A stretch of DNA of 63,890 bases, counting the filler, from Stramenopiles sp. TOSAG23-2 (taxonomy: Eukaryota): assembly GCA_900128395.1 (NCBI GenBank). It is 3 parts of 3 records of this genome, joined end to end, with 100 filler letters (N's around TTAATTAATTAA, not from the genome) between each part and the next. Parts side by side here need not be neighbours in the genome. Positions count along the whole stretch, not along the records: positions 21,977 to 43,848 come from LT649526.1; positions 43,949 to 63,890 come from LT649567.1; 1 more part is not named here. The stretch is one strand, 5' to 3'. The notes beneath the pieces were generated by a model. It did no database searches. It saw only the letters and a list, made by a program, of their open reading frames with translations, and was not told where the DNA came from. Each line of letters starts with the position of its first letter. The stretch's first letter is position 1. Positions 33,957 to 44,852 of the stretch are shown here, piece after piece. A program made the translations under genes and the position numbers.

Positions 33957-34630
33957 GATGTTGTTGATATACGATTATAATTTAGTATATGATTTACTTT
34001 TGCTCTCTCCACTAACAAGGCCGGCCATATATATATTATCTTCTACTTCTTTTATTCATTTCTTTTTTATGTGGATGCTCTCTTCCATCACATAATTAAT
34101 AAGTACTGTACAGTATTTACCAGGTAGGTAGTATTAGCACAGCTAGCATCAGAGCCCGGCCACAGCTGGACAGCTTGGGACAGCTGGACAGAGCCAGACG
34201 ACAGCACACAAACACCTCGCACACAGAGTAAAAACAACATACAGTAAACAGAACCCGTCCCATCCATCAGTGGCTAGAAAGCTGTACACCACTAGTAGCT
34301 AGTGGTATGGCTATGCTATCGCTTAGAAGCTTAATTCACACCACTGATGATGATTATGACAGAGAGGATAAATCTGGAAATCATCCATCTCTTATATATT
34401 ATACTCTCTGATTATGATGTGTGATGCATCATCTATCTTTGGAATTGAATAGATACACATCTCTCATTATGTCACTTATAGAGAGATAGTAATAGAATGA
34501 TATGATGTATAGAAGTAGAAAAAGAGAGATAAAATAATTAGAGAATAACATATATTCAACATATTACATAAATATATATATACACACACATACATACATA
34601 CATACATACAAAAATAAATTAAAATAAAAC

Positions 34631-36499
34631 ATGCCAACTGTAGCTGTAGATCGTGATTTATTATTTAAGAAACTTGGAAAAGTATATACAGAGGAAGAAT
34701 TTGATGAGTTTTGCTTTGAGTTTGGTATTGAATTAGATGAAGTTACTACGGAACGTCAAATGAAACGAAAAGAAACCTCTGATGATGCAGATGGTAGTGA
34801 TAATGTAATTTACAAACTGGATATCCCAGCCAATAGATACGATTTATTATGTATCGAAGGTTTAGCAAGAGGTATGTTAGTTTTTCAAGGAAAAATTAAA
34901 CCACCAACATATAAATTATCAACACCAGTTAAAATGGAACAAATGTATGTAAAAGCGGATACTGCAAAAATACGCCCATACGTTTGTTGTGCAACTATTC
35001 GTAATATTAAATTATCGCATGAGGCATACAACAGTTTTTTGGATTTGCAAGATAAATTACATCAAAACATATGTCGTCGCCGTACATTAGTATCTGTTGG
35101 TACACATGATTTGGATAGTATCAAAGGACCTTTTTCCTACGAGGCGCGTACGCCAGACAATATTAAATTCAAGCCACTATTTGAAGACAAAGTATTTGAT
35201 AATGCAAAAACATATTTGGACCATTTAAAAGTACACCCTGAACGTAAAAATACATTAGGTAAATACACTGGGATCATTTACGATAGCCCTGTATACCCGG
35301 TAATATACGATTCGCAAGGTATTGTATGTTCCATGCCACCAATTATCAATGGTGATCATTCCAAAATGAGTGTCGAGACAAAAAATATTTTTGTAGAATG
35401 TACAGCAACTGATAAAACAAAAGCAAATGTAGTTTTAAATCAAATCGTATGCATGATCAGTGAGCATTGTGTCGAGCCGTTCGTTATCGAACCAGTTGAA
35501 GTCATTTATGAAGCAGATGGACGCAAAGAAATCACACCTGATCTAAGTTCAACACCATTTAAAGCAACTTTAAAAGAATGCAAAACTATTTTAGGACTTG
35601 ATTTAGAACCAGCAAAGGCATGTAAATTGTTGGAAAAAATGTGTTTGGAAGCAAAATATGATGATGAGACGAAAACAATTGATGTTTTAGCACCTCCAAC
35701 ACGTGCAGATTTATTACATGAATGCGATGTAGTTGAAGACATTGCTATTGCATATGGATTTAATAACATCACAGAAGTGATTCCACATACAAACACAGTT
35801 GGTAAGGAATTGCCAGTAAATCAATTGACTGATTTATTACGTTTTGAATTAGCACAAGCTGGTTATACGGAAGCATTGACGCTTGGATTATGCTCAAACG
35901 AGGAAGCATTTACATTTTTAAGACGCGCAGACGATGGTGTCACAGCTGTTGAATTATCAAACCCAGCAACGATCGAATTTGAAATTGTCAGACCAACATT
36001 AATCCCAGGTTTATTGAAAACTTTGAGGGAAAATAGAAGTCAAAAGATGTCAGAAGGTTTAAAGTTATTTGAAATTTCTGGAATTGTGAAATTGGATACA
36101 TCAGATCCAGTTGGTGCTCGTAATCATCGTCATTTAGCTGCATTGTATACTGGAAAAACTGCAGGATTTGAAAAAATTCATGGTCTTGTTGATCGTATCT
36201 TTCAATTGTTAGATATTGCACCAACAGCTGCTGTTGCTGCTGCTAGTGTTACTAAAAGCAAAGCTACTTCTGGAAACGTAGGTAGTAGTAGTAACGATGG
36301 TCGACAATATATTATACGACCATTTAATTCTGAAACTTTTTTCCCTGGTCGTTCCGCTGAAATTTTATATGATGATGGTAAAGGCAATGGTCCAAAAGTT
36401 GTTGGTTGCATGGGAATTTTGCATCCAAAAGTATTGCAAAATTTTGAATTATCTTATCCATGTAGTATAGTTGAAATGAGTATTATGGATTTTGTATAA
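34631..36499 (+). CDS. FARSB: Cytosolic phenylalanyl-tRNA synthetase beta subunit
   Basis: 'MPTVAVDRD', 'CFEFGIELDEVT', 'DIPANRYDLLCIEG', 'LQDKLHQNICRRRTLV..GTHDLD', 'PPTRADLLHECDVVEDIAIAYGFNN'. Confidence 0.97.
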   Translation: MPTVAVDRDLLFKKLGKVYTEEEFDEFCFEFGIELDEVTTERQMKRKETSDDADGSDNVIYKLDIPANRYDLLCIEGLARGMLVFQGKIKPPTYKLSTPVKMEQMYVKADTAKIRPYVCCATIRNIKLSHEAYNSFLDLQDKLHQNICRRRTLVSVGTHDLDSIKGPFSYEARTPDNIKFKPLFEDKVFDNAKTYLDHLKVHPERKNTLGKYTGIIYDSPVYPVIYDSQGIVCSMPPIINGDHSKMSVETKNIFVECTATDKTKANVVLNQIVCMISEHCVEPFVIEPVEVIYEADGRKEITPDLSSTPFKATLKECKTILGLDLEPAKACKLLEKMCLEAKYDDETKTIDVLAPPTRADLLHECDVVEDIAIAYGFNNITEVIPHTNTVGKELPVNQLTDLLRFELAQAGYTEALTLGLCSNEEAFTFLRRADDGVTAVELSNPATIEFEIVRPTLIPGLLKTLRENRSQKMSEGLKLFEISGIVKLDTSDPVGARNHRHLAALYTGKTAGFEKIHGLVDRIFQLLDIAPTAAVAAASVTKSKATSGNVGSSSNDGRQYIIRPFNSETFFPGRSAEILYDDGKGNGPKVVGCMGILHPKVLQNFELSYPCSIVEMSIMDFV

Positions 36500-37772
36500 A
36501 AAAAATCAAAAAATATTATTTTTTTTAAAATAAAAAATACGACGGTTCGTATATTGTAACATATATACCGACGTAATTTAGCTTATTTAATATATAAATT
36601 GCGTTCATAAAAAAATATCATATGATATTAAATGTGTGCGTGCGTATGTGTGTGTGTACATGCTTCGTATTCGTAAATTTTTACCAAAATAAAAAATGAC
36701 ATGTGATGTGAAATATACGTATTATAATTTAATTTACGCAATTATAATTTATGACACATATATATCATAATGCATACGAGTATATTTATTAAAAAAAAAA
36801 ATGAAATAACACATAAAAAAAAAATATGAATATATTATAATACGATCGCGTGTAAAAATTATTTTTATATTCTCGATGCTCACTTTTCACATCAACACGA
36901 ACACTGTTGACACGTGATATTTTACTGACATGATTTTAAATCAACTTTTTTTAATTTTGAAAATCTTCTTTCAAAACTTTTTCTATGTATTCTTTGAAAT
37001 CAACATTTTCGATCAAATTGCCAATTCCAGCAGTTTTTCCAGCGATTAATGGCAACAAACTACCAACACCTGCGCCAAAAGCGGTCCCCGGAGTAAAATT
37101 TACCTGTAGATTGTGAAAAAAATATATACAGAGTATAGCTATATTAGTATTAACGTAGCATTGTTGGCCCTCTGGCCTCCAATCATCCACCTGGTCCAGC
37201 CTCACTTTTTAAAAATATAGTACAAAAGCTTAGAACCTTTCTGCACTGTTGCGCACTTGCTTCTACCTCGTTTCTAAAAGTAATTGTGCATATTACAAGG
37301 ACTGCCTCGAAACAAGCGAAAATAAATTTTAACGATGAAAAAATATTCACGAAAAGGCTCCAAAAAGTAAGAAAATTACAAAATTCTAAAAATGTATAAT
37401 TTTCCAAAATAATTTTATAAAACATGATTTCGATGATTTGCCTATCTATTTATCCTTATAATTATATACTATGATACTTATATATCATTAATGATCGAAT
37501 TAGGTTTCAATTACCGTAATAATATAGAAAATAAACTTTACAATGGATAATAATGGGAGGATATAGTTCCATATATAAAACTTTTTGTAATAAAATAGTC
37601 AAAAATGTCATTTATTTTGGACAGACCTGACAAATATTTAGAATTAAGGCGGCAAGGCGAAGAAGAAAATTTTCAATATAAATATACGTACACTTGAAAG
37701 TACCTGTAGTTATTTACTGAATTTACATGCAACTAATAGACAAAATAATTAAATATTGGAATTATACCGATG

Positions 37773-38501
37773 TTAATTTTTTTTCTTTTTATCATGTTTA
37801 TTACCCTGTCGTTGTTTTCTCCTAAAAAGTAAACTTTTAGCAACATGCAATGTCCATTGAGCATTCATAAAAAACCAAATGGCTCCACCAACATACCCCC
37901 AAAAAATCAATACATGCGGTAAAACTTTCTGTGCAACTTGCAAACTAATAATAATCATATAAGCTCCAATGCCACGAGTTATTATATCCGTAAAAACGCG
38001 CAAACAACGTGTATATGTATTATTATACATTGCCATGATATTATGCATAGTAGATCCACCTTCTGTTAACACGGTGAAAAACGTTGCATATCCAACACAA
38101 TGCATTGGATGCATGACACTAAGTGAACCAAAAAATGTGACAACGTGATGAATTATTAAAACAGGTGAGTTTAAATATATTTTTGGACTTAATAACATAC
38201 TTGCAATGCAATAACCCATATTTATTGTCTGCACCCATTGTTCAATTCCCACAACTGCAGTTGACGATGTCCAATTTACTGTTAGCCATTGTTGAAAAGT
38301 ATTGACATTCATATCTTGGACTATTAAATAAAAAATAGAAGGTAATAAAATCCCTGTATTAATCATAGCATGTATGTATGTATAATATGGCCATGATTTA
38401 ATATCTTGTTTATTTTTCAATATATATTTTATAAATGTACCAAATATAAAATGCCCTGTCGTAGTTATCAATGTATCTTTAGCTATTACTTGTATATTCA
38501 T
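37773..38501 (-). CDS. Multi-pass membrane protein, TLC (TRAM/LAG1/CLN8)-like
   Basis: About 6 hydrophobic helices, the 'IIHH' motif and a downstream 'TEGGST..N'. Basic C-terminal tail. Confidence 0.65.
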   Translation of the reverse strand: MNIQVIAKDTLITTTGHFIFGTFIKYILKNKQDIKSWPYYTYIHAMINTGILLPSIFYLIVQDMNVNTFQQWLTVNWTSSTAVVGIEQWVQTINMGYCIASMLLSPKIYLNSPVLIIHHVVTFFGSLSVMHPMHCVGYATFFTVLTEGGSTMHNIMAMYNNTYTRCLRVFTDIITRGIGAYMIIISLQVAQKVLPHVLIFWGYVGGAIWFFMNAQWTLHVAKSLLFRRKQRQGNKHDKKKKN

Positions 38502-39071
38502 ATTTATAATTTGTCATATATGTTCTTGTATGAAATATATTTCTTATACTCCTTTTGATGATCAAATGTTATTTTATTTTTATTTTATTTTATATATTTC
38601 TAATTTGTTATATATTTTCTTGATACGGTCAATCTAAATCTGGCAATCATCGCAATCCATCTCATCAATCCACACATGGCATCAGCAAACTCATTTTACG
38701 GCTATCGAATTATATTATTCTAGCAAGTACCCATTACCTGCCACCACAAAATATACGCTCGTGATTTCACCATCAATAAAATGAAAATTTAATTTTTGTT
38801 AACATGCAAATAGCAGGTATTAATAATGGATTGAAAATACAGCTTTTAGTCTATACGCACAAATAATTCTTATTATAGGTAAACACGTTGCGCTAAATAC
38901 CACTGGAATACCATTTACATTCTGTTGTAACCAGTAATGTAGAAAATGATATGTACATAGACGACTAGAGCATATACGGTATACATACAGAGATAGATTG
39001 ATAGATAGATAGATAGAAGAACAATTGAAAAAGTAATCAATCATAAGCAATCAAAGTCTAGTATACATCCC

Positions 39072-40274
39072 ATGTCGTCTGATCATCAACCCAATAGTAG
39101 AAATAGCAACAATAATAGTTGCAGTAATTCATTAAAAGAATATAGTCATAAAATAAATAATAATATTCCATTTTTATATGATGTAGTAAAAAAAAATACT
39201 AAAAGTGATAAATTATTAGGTAGTAATAATAGTAAAACCAATACAAATAGCAGTAGGAAAATAAAAAGAGCTCGCTATAGCTATAGTACGGAAAGTAGCA
39301 GCAGTAGTGAAATAGACCATGCGGAAGAGTACTCTTCATCTGATGAGGAAGCAGAAGTGACTGCTTCAGATACAGAATCACTTACAAGTTCTGATGATAT
39401 GAACGGCGAGTATAATATGATTCAATCTTGTGATAAAACAAAACGTGTTCTATTGACCTTGTTAGCAGCTGGAATTGTGCAAGATGAGTACAAACATTCG
39501 AGTAGCAACAGCAGATTTAAACGTAAAGGCAAACGTGGTCGTCCTAAGAAAGATCCATCAAGTTCAGAGGAAGAGAAACGAAATGATAGGAATACTTATG
39601 TTGCCACAAAGACGGAAGAAAGAAAACCTGGTAGAGGAAGATCAAAAAAACAAAAACAACGAAGAAATGTAAGAAAGCAGAATAGTGGTGGTGGTGGTGG
39701 AACAAAAAATAGTCGAATCCCAAAAGGTGCAAGTTTGAAAGAAGAAAAGAAAATTCGTGCGGAATATGCATCCATATTACGTGTAAAAAAAATGGATCCA
39801 TGGCATCGTTTAAAAGATTATTTTGATTTAACATATGTTGGACCAATGGAAAGAGCATTTCTTGATCGTGAAAAAATCAAAAAATTTGAATATTTGGACA
39901 TATTGGTTGTAAGTTCTTTTTATTACAAATATATATATATATAAATAAAAATCTCTCTTACATATTTTTGTTTCTTTTATACTAACAGAAAGTATTTATT
40001 GTATACCTATACACAGGCTTCTTTAGAAATGTTAAAAAACCCTGGAAAATGTGGCATGGAAATTTGCATGGAGATTGCTAAAGTACGTAATATTCGAAAA
40101 AGTGTAAGAGAAGAATGGCGAAATAATAAAAGTATGCAAACGGAAGCAAAATCTACAGTTGTTAGACGGCAATTAGAGAAGCCACGTGTTGTAGCTTTAC
40201 AAAGATGGTTTGATGTTAGTGCAACGCATAGAGCATTGCAAGCCGCAGCAAATTATTTTGAATCTTTACGTTAG
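39072..40274 (+). CDS. AT-hook-containing nuclear protein, 2 exons (39072-39908, 40017-40274)
   Basis: AT-hook 'KRGRPKK' and a degenerate 'RKPGRGRSKK'. Phase-0 intron 39909-40016 with GTAAGT, TACTAAC branch site and CAG joins ...DILV to ASLEM... Confidence 0.75.
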
Positions 40275-40747
40275 TCGACATATATATATATATATAACAT
40301 ATTATAAGGTGGAGATTGAGGTGTGTAATTCTATATGTGTGTATTTTTGTATTTTAAATAAATATGATACTTTTACTTTCATTTTTTTTTTTCTGTGGTG
40401 ATGTGCACATGTGCTGAATTATGATGGGTTTCCAGTTTTCGCTAGATCATCGAAATAATGCTGTGTGCCTTTTATATTGTTTTATTAATGCTATGTCCAT
40501 GTATAGCAAAATACACAGAGCCACATATTAACATATCTTTTGCATATTTGTGCATTTTAATTTGTGTTGTCATCATTCATGTTTTGTCATTGAGCTTGTT
40601 ATTGTGCCAAACTTTCTTCTTCTTCTTCTAATAAATACATATACAGAGTTGCATTTGTCATTGAGCTTGTGCCAAACTTTCTTCTTCTATGGAAATTGCA
40701 AATGCCAAATTGCCGCAAAACAAATTTTACACTATACGTATATCAAA

Positions 40748-43394
40748 ATGGTGAAAACAAAGTTTTACATACGCCAAACAAATATTATCTTTCGACATGG
40801 AGATCGTTCACCAATAACATCTTTAAAAGATACGCAGTTTTGGGAAAATCAAATTGCTGAGCAAAAAGATGTTATGCGTGGTTTTAATATTAGAAGAGAA
40901 GAAGGTGATGAGAAGCACACCATGGAAGGAAATCCGCCATTCGGTATGTTGACTAAAAAAGGTGTTGCTGGTATACAAGCAAAGGGCGAGCAATTTCGTA
41001 AAGACATTCTATCTAATGGTGGTACAATTGATTCATCTTATATTTCTTGTCGTTCATCTAATTTTAATAGAACAATTGGTTCTGCACAAAATTTTTTAAT
41101 TGGTCTTGGTATTGGAATCAATGATAAAAATATTGCCATTGATACGCGTTGTTGGAGAAATATGATACCAGATGGGGATTATCATGAATTTCATGAATTT
41201 TTAAGTCAATACCAAACAGAATTGCACGAGTATTCAAAAGACAATTTTGCAGACATACACCAAAACGTTGTTGATAAATTGTTAAAGTCTGGAATTTGTG
41301 GTTTTAAAATTGGACCAGATGGTAATTCAGTTCCAGGTGGAATAAATCTTGATCGGTTATGTGAAATACTAATATGTTTAAACACCTACAATCAACTTGG
41401 CAAAACTGGGATTACAATAGAAGAATATAAATCTATATTATCTATCAAAGAAAAATGGTGTTATGCTTTCAGTAAGATTCCAAAAATCATTCAATCTACT
41501 ATGGCACCATTTCTGTACAATATTATGAATCCAATACGTGAAATTGTTCAAAAAAATGAATATGTCGGTGGAAAAATGCAAATTAATATCTTCAGTGGAC
41601 ACGATTCGACGTTATATACGACATTGAATGCATTTAATTTAAGGCCAATTGGTTTAAGCGATAGGGAGAATAAAAATATGTCATGGTGTTCAAGTATGTG
41701 GCCAACGTACAGCGATACATTGCGTATTGATGTATTAGAAAAAATTGATGTGGAAAATAATCGTGCATCATCATCACATCAGCAGCAGCAGTTTTTCCCT
41801 ATTGTTGAATCAGATTCAGTGGATAATAATAAGAATGATCATAAAACTAAATTTTATGTACGTTTTATATACGGCAATGGCAATCATCCAGTTATAACAC
41901 CATTTGGGGAAAAATATCTAATAATACCGGCGAAGAAATTCAAATTTATTTGGGAAACTAATGATAGTATTGAAGAATTTTTTAATCAAACTTCCGTTCA
42001 TGCCAATGAAACTAATATGATATTTCAAGAATTTTCCATTTGTAAACGAAAAGGATTTTTAGGGTTACCAAGCGGGGATCCAATATTTAGTTTTCCAAAC
42101 AATGAATTTAAAATTTGGGATAAACTTGTAGATGAAATACCATCATTGTTAATGCAAAACTCTTCCTATTTCAGGAAAAAGATTTATGATATGAAAATAT
42201 TAAACCACACAGAATTAAAGACTAAAGCAGAGCTACGTCGAGGATATTTATTATTATCTGTGTTGGCAAACACATTTTTATTTGGTTTTGAAGAAGAAGA
42301 TCCACCATCTAAAATTCCAAAATCAATTGCTATACCATTATGTGGTATTGCAGAAAGATTAAAAATTGTCCCTGCATTGATACATGCATCTATTTGTTTA
42401 TACAATTATAAAAAAGTAAATCAAAATGATGGTTACAATGTTGATANNNNNNNNNNNNNNNNNCTTTATTGGTTCAAAAGATGAAAAATGGTTTTTTTTA
42501 GTAACTGCTGATATTGAGTTTCAAGGTAGTAAAATGTTAGCACCAGCAGTATATTTAACAAAAGCATTGCATGCAGCAACTGTTTTATTAGATGAGATTA
42601 ATAATAATAATGATAATAATAAAATTATTAATAAAGAATTTAATAATACTGAAAAGTTGTTAGAATTATGGATTCCATATGTAACATTTCAATTATATTT
42701 AATCGAAGATGCTATTAGAAAAATGATTCGATCATTTAAACGTATGAAAGAAGGATGCAATCCTAGTATCTTTTATAATTATATACGCCCTTTTTTAGCT
42801 GGAAGTAAGGGAAACCCATCAATGCCTGATGGTGTAATATATGATGGTGTCTTTGACAACAAACCTCAAATGTTTAGCGGCGGATCAGCAGCACAATCTA
42901 CGTTGTTTCCTGTATTAGATGCAATATTTAATATTAATCATGCAAAAATACCTGGTCCAAATTCATTTCTAAAAGAAATGCAACGTTTTTACATGCCACA
43001 TGAACATAATAATTTTGTTTTGTACTTATTGAAAAATCATAAGAATAACTCCATAACAGAATTTATTTCAAAAATCGATAGTTTAAATACAATGACAAAA
43101 AATTCCAATGGCTTCAAGCATACATATTCCATGTTAAAAACACGATATAATTTTTGTATTGCATCTTTGACAAATTTTCGTAGTACACATATTAATATTG
43201 TTGCAAGTTATATTATAAGTCAAGCAGCAAAAGTACGTAAATCAGAAAGTTCCTCGTCATCGTCTTCATCTTCAATGTCTTCTAATAAGAAAAGAAAACT
43301 TCATGAAGCAGCAGGTGGAAAAGGTACTGGTGGTTCGGATCTAATGGAATTTTTAAAACCAATACGAGATAATACAAAAGCGCATAATGTGTAA
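40748..43394 (+). CDS. Histidine acid phosphatase (clade 2) fused to indoleamine 2,3-dioxygenase; interrupted by a 17-N gap at 42447-42463
   Basis: Phosphatase: RHGDRSP, 'RSSNFNRTIGSA', 'FSGHDST'. IDO: 'DEKWFFLVT..IE', 'FYNYIRPFL', 'GGSAAQS', 'YMPHEH', 'FRSTH', 'KGTGGSDLMEFLK'. The apparent frameshift falls inside the N gap. Confidence 0.85.
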
Positions 43395-43682
43395 GCGGTA
43401 AAAGAAAGATGGAGATGCGATAGAGAAAACCTAGATAAAATTAACGAGAAAATGTTTTTATATATATTAATATTTAAGACCCGATGTATCTGAGAGAGAT
43501 AAGAAAAGAAAACTTCATGAAGCAGCAGGTGGAAAAGGTACTGGTGGTTCGGATCTAATGGAATTTTTAAAACCAATACGAGATAATACAAAAGCGCATA
43601 ATGTGTAAGCGCTAAAAGAAAGATGGAGATGCGATTAGAGAAAATCTCTAGATAAAATTACGAGAAAATGTTTTTATATATA
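43285..43682. repeat. Tandem duplication (~180 bp, period 214) of the IDO 3' end and downstream sequence
   Basis: ATAAGAAAAGAAAACTTCATGAAGCAGCAGG... at 43285 and 43499. The coding part is identical; a few SNPs and indels follow the stop codon. Confidence 0.92.
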
Positions 43683-43848
43683 AATATTTTAAAAAATGTA
43701 TTACTTAAGTTAAAACATGTGTGTATGATATGATATATTATATGTGTTTTTCTCTTACTCATATGTTATATAAAATTCTTTTACTCTCGTTTATTAACAT
43801 CTCAAATCAAAAATGATTTATAAATTTTAGTAAAAATTATTGAGCATA

Positions 43849-43948
43849 NNNNNNNNNNNNNNNNNNNNNNNNNNNNNNNNNNNNNNNNNNNNTTAATTAA
43901 TTAANNNNNNNNNNNNNNNNNNNNNNNNNNNNNNNNNNNNNNNNNNNN
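43849..43948. other. Artificial contig linker
   Basis: 44 N + TTAATTAATTAA + 44 N. Confidence 0.97.
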
Positions 43949-44051
43949 CTTCTACATCTGGTAAAACTTTTAAAGGTTTTAACGAGGTTATATTTACAGC
44001 TTGCCACACATCTTCATCGTTTCGGATCCAAACACCCGTTCCCACATCCAT
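43949..44051 (-). CDS. 5' fragment of a probable myosin (N-terminal SH3-like domain), cut by the contig edge
   Basis: My translation is MDVGTGVWIRNDEDVWQAVNITSLKPLKVLPDVE, which fits the 'G..VW..D.E..W' myosin N-terminus pattern. Not in the ORF track. Confidence 0.6.
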
Positions 44052-44852
44052 GTTTGTCAATTTTATTAATTATGTATTCTGATAGTTTGCCTATTGTATC
44101 ATATTAAATAATACTATGAAGTAGATCAGTTTGGCGTGTATATAGTCTATATGTTGATAATATCTAATAACTATAATGTACTATAACTGTATTATTTATT
44201 TATTATTATTATTAATTTATTATTTATACCAGGTACAGTAGTCCAGTAGTCGTCAAGTAGCTAGTATTATTATATCCAGCCTATTAATTTACAGTAAAAG
44301 TTCCGCAAAAGAACAGTGAGACAAGAGGCAAATACGCTGTCAACAACAGACTTTTTTTGCGTATTAAAATATTAAAATACTATGATATAATCTTTTGATA
44401 ATCGGGGGAAAAAAATGCTGGCCTTATTAATAGCTGGCTCGATGAAAGGTGCAAACCTGGCAAACCAGCAAACCAGGCAAAGGGAAAAGCGTTAATAAAA
44501 AAATGCTCGCTCATCGATATTCATCGATAATAATACCAGTATTTTTTTTACCTGCTTGTGGCCGCTGGTATTATTTATAGTCTACTGTATTACGAGTATA
44601 ATAAGCTCGACGCTTCGCTTGAGCGTAATGGTATTTACCATGTATTTTTTTGTATTATATATATCTACGCCTCGTATAATATATAGTATATATCGCAGAT
44701 TTTATGAAATATAAATGTATGTACTTATATATGCGTATGAATAATTCAATTCTTACATTTTAATAATCACACCCTAAATATCTTTCCTATCATATCAGAA
44801 TCTACCTGTAAAAAAATAATGTACATACTATACGAGGAAATAGAATTGTAAA

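Noticed and set aside
42426-42484. Programmed frameshift or pseudogene in IDO
   Set aside because: The frame change coincides with a 17-N gap whose length is only an estimate.
44600-44642. Small hairpins (ACGCT...AGCGT, ATGGTA...TACCAT) as a tRNA or ncRNA
   Set aside because: Too short, with no cloverleaf, A/B boxes or snRNA motifs.
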